Part shown: piece by piece, positions 1 through 12,262 of the stretch
Position numbering within the stretch: the first letter of the stretch is position 1
How the letters are laid out: each line of letters starts with the position of its first letter
Assembly: GCF_036321535.1 (NCBI RefSeq)
Contig: NC_087447.1
Span: 46,130,001-46,194,000, forward strand
Source of the DNA: Camelus dromedarius
Taxonomy: Eukaryota
DNA: 64,000 bases
Direction: 5' to 3'
Notes under the pieces: model-generated
Seen by the model: only the letters and a program-made list of their open reading frames with translations
The model's database searches: none
Told to the model about the DNA's origin: nothing
Position numbers and translations under genes: made by a program

Positions 1-639
1 TTTGTGGGAGAGCAGTTTGGTTTAGCTGGGGTTCTGGGTGCCCTGGATGAGGTCATCAAAGTGGTGCATGTCAGAACCTGCAGACTCCTAGCAGTGCCAC
101 AGCTAATCACTCGACATCAGGTGAGTCATTTTAAACTCATTTTATAGACAAAAGTAGGGCTTAGAAATGTGAGATCACAATTATTGGCTTTAGAGCTAGA
201 AGGAACTGTGGCTGAGTCGTTTAGGATTGAGTGATAGTGTCCAATCTAATGTTGTAGGGTCCTTTCTGACTTTAGGTTAAGTTAGTCAAAGGAAGATCGA
301 AGGCTAGGACTCGGGTCTTCCTGCTCTTTGGCAGGTGTTCTTTCTCCTCTCCCTAGCTTTTATTTATTGGAAGAGGTGGTGAGGAGCCATCTCTGACACC
401 TGCTGCTCCTTTTTTCGAGGTACCCTCAGCAACTTCTAACTTGTTCTTTCCTCCAGTGTCCATGCTGAGTGTCTTTATCTGAATCATCCCAATAATTCTG
501 TGATCCATTGATCCAGTACTGGTCTTAATTTTCTCTCTTGAAGTTGAGATTAGGAGGAAATTAGCTGTTTTCCTATGTGAGAAGAATTTCTGAAATACTA
601 AAATTATTTACTTACTCATTTTATTTTGGGATTATTAGA

Positions 640-780
640 ATATGGAGGCAGTACAGCATAGGCCTAAGAGTTAAAGAGCTGGGTTAAGTCACAGCCCGGC
701 CATTTACTAGCTGAGTGACTTTGGATAGGTCAGTTTTCTTGATGAATCTTTGATAAAATGGTTATTGTTATGAGAATACT
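640..780 (+). mobile_element. MIR SINE fragment (TRIM68 intron)
   Basis: MIR-like core 'ccatttactagctgagtgactttggataggtca...taaaatgg'; boundaries approximate. Confidence 0.55.
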
Positions 781-821
781 TTATGCTTTCCAGTAGTAAT
801 CTTCTGCGTTAGTATCTAGGA

Positions 822-989
822 TGGTGCTTCTCACCTTTAATGTGCATATGGGCCACCTGAGGGTCTTGCTAAAATTCAGATTCTGATTCAGGAGGTCTGG
901 GGTGAGGCCCGAGAGTCTGCTTTTCTAACAAGCCCCCAGGTGATGCTGATACTGCTGACCCACGTGGATCACGCTTTGAATAACAAGGT
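822..989. mobile_element. MER5-type hAT-Charlie MITE
   Basis: 'ggtgcttctca...cagattctgattcaggaggtctggggtgaggcccgagagtctgc...tttgaataaca' resembles MER5A/B. Confidence 0.7.
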
Positions 990-1315
990 TTTAGGAGGTC
1001 ATAGGATAACAAGGCAGATAAGGATAAAAAGAGGCTTGGATAGGAAAGTCCAAGGTAGTTTTCTGGCAGGGTTGGAAACAGAGCTTTTCTTCTACTTTAC
1101 AAACAGTCAGAGGCTGTGGGAGTTGAACTGATTCTCAGGTGAAGAGACCTTGGATGTTATCTGGACAGGAATCCGCTCCCTCTGTGACATTCCCATTTCT
1201 TCCATCGTTCATCCTGGCTCATTGCCTGAGGGATTCTTGTTTTCCCATCACCTACCAATGCTTGGAAGCCTGGCTCTCCATCCAGGTGGCCTCATGAGGT
1301 TTTTATCTCTTTCAG

Positions 1316-1411
1316 TGGAAACTGCATGAGGCTCTGGAACATCTGAGGAAGGAGCAAGAAGAGGCCTGGAAGCTGGAAGTCAGTGAGAGGAAGCGGACTG
1401 CCAACTGGAAG
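1316..1411 (+). CDS. TRIM68: TRIM68 internal exon (96 nt, start of coiled coil; WKLHEALEHLRKEQEEAWKLEVSERKRTANWK)
   Basis: Acceptor tttcag ends at 1315; 96-nt exon typical of TRIM/B30.2 genes; peptide matches TRIM68; donor is AAG|GCAGGT (GC donor). Confidence 0.9.
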
Positions 1412-2202
1412 GCAGGTTGCCACCTGGGAGAAGGAGTCTCTGTGGTCCTTTGTTGTCTTGGAGGTGGCCCAGGATGGCTTCCTCACCTCTGAGAGGCAGT
1501 GTGGGGCCTGAGGTCAGAGAGCCTGGGGTCCTCGCGCCAGCTTTCTCTACCAGATGTGCTGCCTTACGCAGGCCCTGGAGCCACTTAGTTCAGCTTCTTG
1601 ACCGTGACGTGGGGACAACTCTGGGCTTACGTCCTCACGCATGAGAAAGGAGAAGTGCACACCTCGTGTATGCTCTAGCTCACAGTGGTGTTACTAAAGT
1701 ATTGGAAAAATCATCCGGGAAATAAACTCAAGGCCCATAACTATCAAACTGTCAGAACTTTTGACCAATCGAAGATAACACTAAACCAGTCTAAAACATG
1801 TTGGGCTGATATAATACTAGGAAGAGGCAAAAGCATCTAACAGTCTAGTTGTTAAACTGTTTTACAAGCTTAAAGTATAACGCTTCTTGTCAGTGTTCTG
1901 AAAATAGAATATATTGTTTGAAAATGGAAGATAGTCTAGAGCATAGAGTAAGTACCAAGCTAATATCCTGGGCCCTGCTGCGGTCAGTAAGAGCTAGTAG
2001 TAGGGACCCAGAAGCCTGTACTGAAGCTGTGGGAGCAGGAAGGTAAGGAAATAGTATCTTTTGTGTTTGCCCGTGCAGTACCTGGCCCACAGTGGGCAGC
2101 ACAACATTCAGAGTGTGTGTATATGCACGTGCCACTGTCCTCGCTCCTGGGGGGCCCTTGCACGAACAGTATCTGTGCCAATTTCTGATCTTGGTTCTGT
2201 AG

Positions 2203-2463
2203 GTACAGGTGGAAACCCGAAAGCAGAGTATCATGTGGGAGTTTGAGAAATATCAGCGGTTACTAAAGAAAAAACAGCCACCAGGACGGCGGCTGGAGGT
2301 GGAGGCGGCTGCAGCTCTGGCCAGCCTAGAGCAGGAGGAAGGGGAGACCATGCAGAAACTGGAGTCGAATCACAATGCGCTCATCCGGCAGAGCCGGGTC
2401 CTGTGGAAGATGATCACGGAGCTGGAGGAGAGGTCCCAGAGGCCTGTCCGCTGGATGCTGCAG
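2203..2463 (+). CDS. TRIM68: TRIM68 coiled-coil exon (261 nt; VQVETRKQSIMWEFEKY...RPVRWMLQ)
   Basis: ctgtag acceptor, CAG|gtgagg donor; peptide matches TRIM68. Confidence 0.93.
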
Positions 2464-2905
2464 GTGAGGAGAGGTTTTCCCAGGAACACTGAGCCAGAGC
2501 TGAAGATGGCCCGGGACTCTAGAGAGAGGATCAGCACTTTGCCCGCCAGACATAGCCCCCACACCCACTGTAATGCCAGCTGTTCCGCTACCCCTGGTTG
2601 GGTGCGTGGCCTGGCCCATTGCAGTTGTGGCCTCGTGGATGGGGCAGTGTTTAGGCAGCTCTGGCATCATACCAGTCCCTCCCCTCTGGCCAGAGAGTGA
2701 GATGGAGCCTGAAGTTGGCCAGTCCAGCTAGAGCTCAGCCTGCCCTGCACCCCTCTCTAGGCTTCTCCCCCTCTACCTCTGCATGCCTTCTCTCCAGCCT
2801 GGCTCTCTGCCTGCCTTTCCCTTAGAGAAACCCCCTCCCAGAGCTCTGTGTCTCCCTCTGAGGAACAAGCATACTCATGTGCTGCATTTCTTTTTCTCTT
2901 TCTAG

Positions 2906-2928
2906 GGTATTCAGGAAGTCTTAACCAG
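2906..2928 (+). CDS. TRIM68: TRIM68 23-nt micro-exon (GIQEVLT-R)
   Basis: Polypyrimidine tract plus tctag acceptor, AG|gtatgt donor; 23-nt exon is conserved in TRIM-B30.2 genes and keeps frame. Confidence 0.9.
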
Positions 2929-3505
2929 GTATGTTCCCATCTTTGGAGCCCCTAGACAGCCCTCTAAGGGATAGTGGGGCCTGGCCGGAGCCAGAAGTGG
3001 GGAAGGAACATAGACTAAGTACCTATAGAAAAGTGAGTGCTGGTCCACAGTCTTCTCCCTCTTCCATTGTATTGGCTAAGGAAGCTTTGAACATCTTTCT
3101 CTTTTCTTCTGTGTACTTGGCCAGATTCATTTCAGGCATTACCAATAAGAATTTCAGGTAAAGTTGTAAAATGTATGGCTTCAAGTAGATGGCCCAAGAA
3201 GGGAAAAGACTGCGGATGTAGCTTCTAAGTCTGTGTATCAGCTGTTCTCCTCCGTGGTACACCTCTTCCTCTCCCAGAGTCAAATTCACATCCCATCCTC
3301 CCCGTGGCCTAGGGATGTGAATGTTCTCTGTGTCACAAATCGTCCAGCTCAATCAAATAATCCTCATGTCTCTGCTTTGCCTGGTGTTGCTGGGGAGGGC
3401 AACTCACTGACTGTGGCCCTGGCCAAAACCCTCCTCCCTGTGCTAAGGGAAGGCCCATGTGCAGAGCCAGGACTTATGGCCCCAAGGCCTCCCCCTCTCT
3501 ATCAG

Positions 3506-3606
3506 GAGCAAGTCTTGGAGCCTGCAGCGACCAGAGCCGGTCTCACTGGAGCTGAAGACGGACTGCCGCGTGCTGGGGCTAAGAGAGATCCTGAAGACAT
3601 ATGCAG
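3506..3606 (+). CDS. TRIM68: TRIM68 101-nt exon (SKSWSLQRPEPVSLELKTDCRVLGLREILKTYA)
   Basis: atcag acceptor, G|gtaaag donor; phases consistent with flanking exons. Confidence 0.92.
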
Positions 3607-3760
3607 GTAAAGAGTGCTGGGCGGGACTGTGATGAGCAGTGGGGGGACCCCTCCTGAAGGACCAAAATGGTTCCATACCTCTGAGTGCCCTGCCCAGCAG
3701 AGACCTCACCCAGGCCCCCTGGTTCTGGGCCAGGGGACCAACCACAGTCTTTTTCCTTAG

Positions 3761-4311
3761 CGGACGTGCGCCTGGATCCAGACACTGCCTATTCTCGCCT
3801 CATCGTGTCTGAGGACCGAAAATGCGTGCGCTACGGAGACACCAAGCAGAAACTGCCCGACAATCCTGAGAGGTTTTACCGCTACAATATCGTCCTGGGC
3901 AGTCAGTGCATCTCCTCGGGCCGACACTACTGGGAGGTGGAGGTGGGAGACAGGTCCGAATGGGGCCTGGGTGTGTGTAAGGAAAATGTAGACCGGAAGG
4001 AGGTGGTCTATCTGTCCCCCCACTATGGCTTCTGGGTGATTAGGCTGAGGAAGGGCACTGAGTACCGGGCAGGCACCGATGAGTACCCGCTCCTGTCCCT
4101 GCCCGTCCCGCCCCGCCGGGTGGGAGTCTTCCTGGACTACGAGGCCCACGATATCTCCTTCTACAATGTGACTGACAACGGCTCTCACATTTTCACCTTC
4201 CCCCACTATCCCTTCCCTGGGCGCCTCCTGCCCTATTTCAGTCCTTGCTATAGCATCGGAGCCAACAACACCGCTCCTCTGGCCATCTGCTCCCTGGATG
4301 GGGAGGACTAA
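3761..4311 (+). CDS. TRIM68: TRIM68 terminal exon, PRY-SPRY (B30.2) domain
   Basis: ccttag acceptor; LDPDTA...HYWEVEV...VGVFLDYE...ICSLDGED* matches the TRIM68 C-terminus; TAA at 4309-4311. Confidence 0.96.
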
Positions 4312-7300
4312 GAGCCCCCTATCCTAGCCAGGGGCCTTGGAATTGTGCCTGGCCCACAGGGGGCTTGGAGGGCCCTGCCCCTGACAAGGGTCCTCTTGAA
4401 CTGAGCCGAGCCTGGAATCCAGGGATTCCTCTGCCTGACCCAGTGCTCTGCTGCTCCTGGGGCAAAGTCTCCCACCAAACCACTCGTGTGAAAAAGCCAA
4501 GACTCAGCAAAACAGCATCACACCCCTGAGGTGCTTATGGTGAGGATCAGGGCGGTTCTTTCTGCCGCTCCTGCCCCTCCTCCCCATCCCCGTCAGTGCC
4601 ATAATTCAGTCATGAGGACGATGAAGTGGATCCAGTCTTCAGGAAACCTGTTGGATAGGGTTTACCAACGAGCCAAACACATAATGTCCGTATCCAGAGC
4701 TGGCTGCTATGCGGGTACCAGCAGGAGGATGCCTCAGTGAGGTCTGATGCCTTTGAGCCCCCACATCTGACCCCAGCTTTCTGTCCTCCCAGCTAGAGAA
4801 CGGCGTCACCCATTGCCCAGACCACCCCAGTGGCCGTCCCCTCTCTGAGCAGCGGCTGGGCAAGTCACCCTCAGACTCTAAGGAGACCTGACCTGGTCAT
4901 GCCCTTTTCTCTAAATGTCAGGACCAGAAAACCTGTGAGCCTTGTTTCCATTTTCACTTCATGGATGGATAAACTGAATGGCCTTAGTGCAGCCTGATAC
5001 GTCTCACAAAGCCGTGGGAAGAAGAGTGTAAGGATTATACATATTCAAATGAAGCAAAATTGACAAACTCGCTTCTCAGGTCACATGTCTGCGTATTATT
5101 CATTACATTCAGGTCTGGATCACTCCTGCGTTTGAAACATTTAAAGTGTCCTCAATGGGAGAATGGGTATAGTAACTGTATACTCGCCTACCTCGTGGGA
5201 TCGTGGTGAAGATCTCAGGTCCATGCCATGCTTTTGTTCCTTGCTCAGGGACAGGGAAGGCAGGCTGGGGATTTTTGCCTAGGTGACCTTCCCATCTTGC
5301 CTTGTTCCAGCATCTTTGCAGCACTGCCTTAGTTTCTTAGGGCCTCTCCTGACAGTCTGGAGCCCTTGAGACAGAGATGCCCATGCCCTGGCAAACTCCA
5401 GGCCACAGTGATGTATTGTGCATCTATTATATGTGTTTTGTTTTTGAGCAGCGACTGTGACAATGAAAATGATAACAAGAAAAGTGTAAAACAAACGCAC
5501 GGAAAGGAAGGCTCACCCACGAGCTCTTTGGGCTAATGTTTGGGTCTTTGTATGTCACCAAGGGAATCCTCCTGGTTCTGGTAACTACATAATATTCTAC
5601 CTTTCTCTTCTCTAAATCTGTGACAGAAGGAGGAAAGCAGCAGGGAAGTGTAGGGAGAAAGATTAGGACCCAGCACAAAAAGCCATATATTATAAGGAAA
5701 AGGAATTAAGACTATGTCTGGACCCTTTAGAGTGACTGTTGTGTGTGGTAGAAATAATTCATTGCAAGTCTTAAGAGTATGATGTGGGAATGATTGCGTT
5801 GGAAACAAACTGTAAGGCAAGCATATGAGAAGTATTGGTTTTGCCTATAGTGAGGGGCTACAATGTACACTTCACATACTGTCACCGTGATTCTCCGATG
5901 TAGTTTCAGCTTGAAGGTAGTGACTGGTGAGTTAGGATTGGGCAGCAAAGTAGATACAGGCAGAAGGGAAATAATTCCTGTAACAAAGAATAGCAAAAAT
6001 TGTCTTTCTACCTTAATTGTGTTGGTTGTTCACAAATGAAGGAGGTGAAAACAGGCCAAAATGGAGAAATAAACTCCTGCCCACCAGGCTTCCAAGTTGC
6101 TCTTTGAACATTAGCCGTAGAAGAGGAATGAACTGGTAAGTCACAGACCTGGTCTTGGCAAAGGGTTGAGCTGACCTACGTTAGAGGGACCGTATGTCTT
6201 TGTGTGGTGGGAACTCCCTGGGGAAGTGTGTATAGACTTGAGAAATTAGGGCATGCTTCCAGTTATATCCATGGACACTTACCAGAGGGGCTAGGGGCCG
6301 AATCAGTGTTGTTCTTGTACTTTGGTTATTTATTAGGACAAATCTTGGAAGATTCCTAGAAAAAGGATTATTAGGTGATAAATTCATTCTAACCTAGAAT
6401 GAATTAAGGAATGGAATGGCTTCATTTGTAATATGCTCTTTGGGTTGCTTTCTTGTTTGTTTTATTTTGTTTTTACATTTATAAGCTGATTTGGGTGCTA
6501 TGATTACTTGTTAGAAGAATTAAAAGGTTAAACACATTATATGTTATCATAATGCCTGATCTTTAAGACCAGGCAAGAAGAGCTTAAGGTCTTAAGTGTA
6601 TGAAAAACCCCTTTCTCTAAGGGGGTTGCTTAGAATTCCCTTCTAAGAACTCTGTGAAAGCAAGGGCCTCATTTGTCTGGTTCACCATTGTAACCCCAGT
6701 CTAGCATATTGTGTGTGTGTGTTTGTGTGTGTATGTGAAAAGTTAAGTGAAGGAACTTTCATCCGTATGCCTAGAATCAAAACAAAAATCAGATCCTCTT
6801 GCTTCGTAGGGGCATGAAAGACTGGATGCTACTTAATTTTAACCCTATTCAAAAACTGATTTGATAGATAATTACAAAAGTGGTCTGGAAAGGGAAGAGG
6901 CAGGTAACCGAGTGGAAGGGAGAATGCCCTGGAGGCAGGTGGAGGATAGAATTCTCTGGAGTGCCTAGGGTTGTAGCTCCAGCTGGGTGTGATGAGGGAA
7001 GGATGAGCTTTGCCCGTCCTTGTTTTACTGGTGGACAAACCGAGGGGTGCAATGCCTGAGCCTTGAGGGGAAAGGCCCTTCAAAGGGTAAAATGCTTGCA
7101 TTCTGCAGAAGGTGGAGACAGAGGGCAAATTCTTGGGTTCACTACTCCCCAAGGAAATCCAGCCTTCCTTATTTTCAAGCAGAACTGGTTGTAATCTGAG
7201 CATCTCCTGTGGGTCCCAGGCTCTAGTCAAACGAGCACACAGTGCTTCATGTGATAGGGCAGGGTTCGTATCTGAATGTGTCGGGACAAGTCCAGGGTTT

Positions 7301-8459
7301 TCTTTTTGGGATAGCCATGAAAGGGAACCAGTCCACTTTGGGAAGTATGTAGTTCGATATGTGAGTATCAACGGTGGGTCCCAGCTAGTTTCATTGAATA
7401 CCATTGTGAATGAAACAGCTGGCAGGATGGCCTTCTGATGGAAATGCTGGGACGAAATCTCTTTTGGGTGCAGGCTGGACTATCCCTTTGTCACTTTCCA
7501 TCAGATTCTTTAAGGTGTCTAATATTCTTTGACTTAATGAACACAGCCAATTCATTGGGTTGCTCGTGGAGAAAGAATAGCGTGACTTGTCAAAATGGAA
7601 ATCTTATCAAATAGACTTAACCATCTCGTGATCTTGATTTGGTTTTGTGTTGTGGGGTTGTAAGGGGAGGAGAATTTCTTTTTACTACTCTAGGAACTCA
7701 TTGCATCATTATCTGATTGTTAGAGGCTGATTCCTACTTCTCTGATATTCAGAAGTAGAATACATTCAAGGTAGGTAAATAATATCAAGATTAGCAAAAA
7801 GTATAGATGCTAAGTCGTTGAGCAGCAGCTCTCTTTGGAACAGTTACTACATGAATACTGACATACACAGGACTATAGTTTTGGTGGTGCCTAGGACTAC
7901 CCTCTTAAAATTATGGAATTAGGAATTTATTGGGTATATTTTTAAAGTATATACAGTAAATCAGATGTTGCATTATGTACTTTTATTCATTATTGTATTT
8001 AATCTTTAATACCTTCTACAAATTAGCATGTTTTCCCCATCAGTAGAAAGGAGATATTAAGACTTAGAAACAGTAGCTTGCTATCAACACTTAGTAGATT
8101 GTCTTTTATTAAGATTTTCAAATGTATCAGAGTCAAATACATGTTATCTCTTACTATGAAATCTTTTTCTTTTAATGTATACTGAATAGTCCGTGTAAGA
8201 CTTTCTGAAAGGGGAAAATAAAAACAGAAACCATTGAAATAACTGATGACTTGGAGAAGAGCAGTGATATTTCAGCTTCAGGATTGTTATTGTTCTCTCT
8301 TAACCTTTTCATCCCAGGGCATACTTCCTTAGAGGTGTCCAAAAGAAGAAATACCTGTGTTATATTTGATCTGTTTCGTATCTTGTAGTAAAATTGCACA
8401 AGCAGGACTAAGAAGCAAAGAGAAAGATGTTCAAAACCAAACTCACATTGCCTTTGCTT

Positions 8460-8870
8460 CTGTTGCTTAGAAACAGAAAGCTGGTTATTAGTATACTGAC
8501 TCCAGCCAGCTTAGCAATAGTGGGTCTATTAAAAGGATGTAGAGATGTTTCTTATAGAACAGAATGGATGTACCTAGGTGTTCAAAATGAATTGGAACGG
8601 GCGAACCAGAGACTCAGTTTCTTCATCCCATTTTGCTAATCTGCTTCTCTTGTTGTAGAACAGATTTCTCTTTCCAAATTGATGTGTGGGAAAATGGCCA
8701 CCATCCGTGATCCCAAGTTCATATCTCCTCAGGTAAACTGGAATCCACTTTGACTGGAGGACTCTGGTCCAGGTATGAGCACATGACCCAAGTTGAGTGG
8801 ATTCATCAGTGGGCCAGAAGGCAGGGTCATAGATTAATAGTTACTTCCGTGTAATCACATAAGGAGATGA
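8460..8870 (-). mobile_element. Old MLT1-type (MaLR) LTR remnant
   Basis: Degenerate 'aacagaaa...ccagcttagcaa...gggaaaatggcca...catgacccaag...gggccaga' pattern; boundaries approximate. Confidence 0.35.
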
Positions 8871-9223
8871 ACAGTTGTGAGAAAAATCAGATGTGGGGGA
8901 ACCAAAGAGTTGGTTGCTTCTGCAGAAGGACTGGTAGGATACTAAGTTGGAAATGTAGGTCAGAATCTAAGGAAAGAACAACCCCAAATCTATACTCTCT
9001 CTGCCCAAACTTCAGATACTAGTTGATTGAAATCATCGAAGGTGTTGTCAGAAAATTAATCATTTCATTCACATCCTTGTTAGAAATTGAAAAGTTAGGC
9101 AAAGAGACCCCTTATGGCTTCATCTTAGAACTTCCGTGGCACCACGTAAACCAATAGTTCCACAGATCTGTAAGGTATCTTTGAAGTTAGCTGAAATGCT
9201 TAAGGTTTGAACATACTTTGTAT

Positions 9224-10198
9224 TCACGAACCCCGGCTGAAGTGGTCAAAGAGGCAGTGCATCAGCAAGCTCCTTGTTCGCTTTCGTATCTGTTCGGTTC
9301 TCAGGCCATAGATGATGGGGTTTAAGGTGGGTGGGATGATCACGTACAAGTCAGCTAACAGCACTTGGGTGTGCAAAGGCACTATGTCCTTCCCTAGCCA
9401 GGCCACATAGATGGATGCCATCCCGGGTAGGTAGTACAGAGCCATAACTGCCACATGGGAGCCACATGTGCTTAATGCTTTCAACTGTGCATTCTTTGAG
9501 GAGAGACCAAATACTGCCTGGAGAATCAGATTATAGGAGGCAGTAATAAAGAACACATCAGAACCCACCATAATAGAGGACCCAGTCAGGCTGTAGAGAC
9601 TACTGGGCATGGGATCAGCACATGCCAGCTTGGCCACAGCTATATGCTCGCAGTAGGAATGGAGAACAACACTAGAGCCACAGAAAGGTAGATGACTCAC
9701 CATCCAACTCAGTGGAGTCATAAATATGATAGCTCTGATGGTGATGGTCACACTCATTCCCAGCATCACTTGAGGTGTGAGAATCCTCTTGTAGTGTAGG
9801 GGCTTACAGATGGCTACATAGCGGTCAAAAGCCATGGCTAACAGCAGCCCCGACTCCACAGCTGTGGCTGCATGGACAAAATACATCTGAGTGAAACAAG
9901 CATTAAAAGTGATGGAGCTGTCTCCTGAGGAGAAGATGCTCACCATCTTGGGCACTACAGAGGAGGCCATAACAATGTCCACGGCAGCCAGAACACACAG
10001 GAAGCAGTACATGGGCTCCTGTAGAGTGGAATCCACCCAGATTACGGTCGCTATGAGGGTGTTTCCTAACAGGGTTATGGTATACATGACACTCAGTGAG
10101 ATGGCCAGCCATAGATGTGAAGACTGCAAACCTGGGATGCCCACCAAGAAAAAGGTGCCAGGGGTTTCCATTGTATGGTTGTAGGGTGGCCCCAGCAT
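9224..10198 (-). CDS. OR52I1: Olfactory receptor family 52 subfamily I (OR52I1/OR52I2-like), intact, 324 aa
   Basis: Single-exon ORF from ATG at 10198 (MLGPPYNHTMETP); GN, PMY, MAFDRYVAIC, HSYCEH, KALSTCGSH and PTLNPIIY motifs present; I1 vs I2 cannot be resolved. Confidence 0.93.
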   Translation of the reverse strand: MLGPPYNHTMETPGTFFLVGIPGLQSSHLWLAISLSVMYTITLLGNTLIATVIWVDSTLQEPMYCFLCVLAAVDIVMASSVVPKMVSIFSSGDSSITFNACFTQMYFVHAATAVESGLLLAMAFDRYVAICKPLHYKRILTPQVMLGMSVTITIRAIIFMTPLSWMVSHLPFCGSSVVLHSYCEHIAVAKLACADPMPSSLYSLTGSSIMVGSDVFFITASYNLILQAVFGLSSKNAQLKALSTCGSHVAVMALYYLPGMASIYVAWLGKDIVPLHTQVLLADLYVIIPPTLNPIIYGLRTEQIRKRTRSLLMHCLFDHFSRGS

Positions 10199-12129
10199 CA
10201 CAGATGAGACTGCTTTCCTGTTAATGTATAAAGTGATGTTAAGGATGCAATCCTGTAAGACTTATTTCCAGCTATGGTGTTAGGAAGTCTAATGATAGTC
10301 TCAACTCAGTGGGCCCAGAGTTAGAAAGCTGACATCTGGGCAAAGGTATCCTGCCTCTCCTCCCATCCTCCTCAATATTCTTTGCCTTACTAATTTCTGT
10401 TCGTTGTTCAGAGATCATCTCGTGAGCTGCCTCCTTTGGGCAGTCTTCTCTACCTCCTCCCCCAACCCATGCTGAAACTGAATTAGGTACCTTCAGAGCT
10501 TTTATGGACTCTTGTCCGTGCTGATCTCTGAGGGACCTAACTTGACAATCCTAGTACTCTACCTGTGACTTTATTGTGCTCACTTGTGTGTCTTGTTCAT
10601 GGCCTTATACCTTATACCAGCCTTATAGCTGTGGTGCACAGGTCCATGGAAAGAAGGCATATGTATTCATTATAGCAAACAGTTGAATGAATGAATGAAT
10701 GTGAAATCAGAGGAAAGAGTTTTCCTTTTATCTTTGTTCAATTCCAAACAATATTTAATAATTGTTGAATGAAACAGTGAACTTCCTGAGATTGAATGTG
10801 TCACACTTTGCATCTCCTTCCTCAAACTCTCACTGCCCTAATGCTGTATCTCTCAAGGCCCTAGGCTAGTGAGTCACCACACCAATTGTATGACTAGTTG
10901 ACTTTACAATAGTCATATAAAGCCCAGGAACTATTTCCTAGGTGTCCAGGCAGTTTTAAATGAAGAGGGCTTATTTGCCAAGGCTCAAGACTAACCTGCC
11001 CTTAACTATCACCTCCTGTCTTTCCCCTTAGTAAGGGACTTTCAGGCTAAGAACTCTTCATATCTTTGGACACTGTCTTTACTTCACCCTTTTTGATTTT
11101 TCATCAGGCCTGGCTTCTCCCTGAAATATTGGGTAGATCAGATTGACAGAGTACTAGCCTCAGAATCCCATCAGCTGCAGTAGCATTTTCTTTGTTATCC
11201 AAGCACTAGACAAACATTTACCTGGTTCTCAATTCTAACCAGGTGGCATGCATTTGCCTCTTCCATTTACCCCTGGAGAGCCAACCACTCACTGGCTGAT
11301 TCCACTCACTCACTGATTCCACACCCAGGTACCAACAGCAGCCTTGATGAGAGTCCCCAGAATGCCAGATTTCTGGGATGATTGCAAACTATGATCTTTA
11401 TTGAAACAGACAAACCAACAACAACAAAAAATCCCTAGACATAAGAAATGCCTTATAATGGAACAGAGTGAATAAAGTAATGAGCTCTGTTTCACGGTCA
11501 GAGGCTTGCTGTTCCACTGGGTGAAACATCAGTGACAGATCTAGAGAGGATAAGGGGAAGCTTTTTGAAGTAGAATGGTAGTAAAGAGTGGAATTATTTC
11601 ATTCAGGATATCCTTAAGACTGCTGTGTGTTTCCTGGATGCAGCAAACTTCAGGTTGAGCATTATTCCTTAAAAAGCCAAAGAAGAGCCTGAGGACCCAG
11701 AATGCCTCCCCTACCCCCTCACCTCTGATCCAGGATCTCCCTCCCACGTCACTGCCCTGCACAAATCCACATTTCTTCCGAGAGCAGTCTCAGCTGCTGC
11801 CTGCCCGTCCTCCTCTATCTAGCCTTGGCAACTTGAAGCTAGTCATACGTTTCATTCCCTCGAGGCTTTTCCCTCATTCCTTTTCTTCTTGATTACCAGT
11901 GCTAAAGGTTTATGTATCTTATTAGTCCTTTCAAACAACAGGACATTTAGTTAGGTTGGTCTTTTTTTTTTTTTAATCTTCAGTCTACTGCTGCTGAAAA
12001 TGTTCTTGCTAAGATCAACAATGCTCTCCATCAGTGACATGCTGCCAATGCAGTGTTTTCATTCTTTATTTTACCTGACCTACCTAAAATATTTAACAGT
12101 ATTGCCTGCTCCATGCTCATTTTTGGGTT

Positions 12130-12262
12130 AATTTTTGATTGAAGTATAACATACATACTGTAAAATGCACAAATCTCAGGTGTATAGTTGATAAAATTTT
12201 ATAAAGTGAGCACATGAACACACCCACGTGGCCACTACCCAGGTCAAGATACAGACATAGTT
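12130..12262 (-). mobile_element. Old L1 3' end fragment
   Basis: 'attgaagtataacatacatac...tgcacaaatctcaggtgtatagttga...cccaggtcaagatacagacat' typical of L1M 3' UTR. Confidence 0.6.

Noticed and set aside
6829..7438. 191-aa and 108-aa overlapping ORFs downstream of TRIM68
   Set aside because: No domain similarity, splice support or evident codon bias; likely chance ORFs.
11541..11762. ORF containing 'CCIQETH', resembling the L1 endonuclease motif CCLQETH
   Set aside because: Only a 7-residue match with no further L1 ORF2 similarity on either side.
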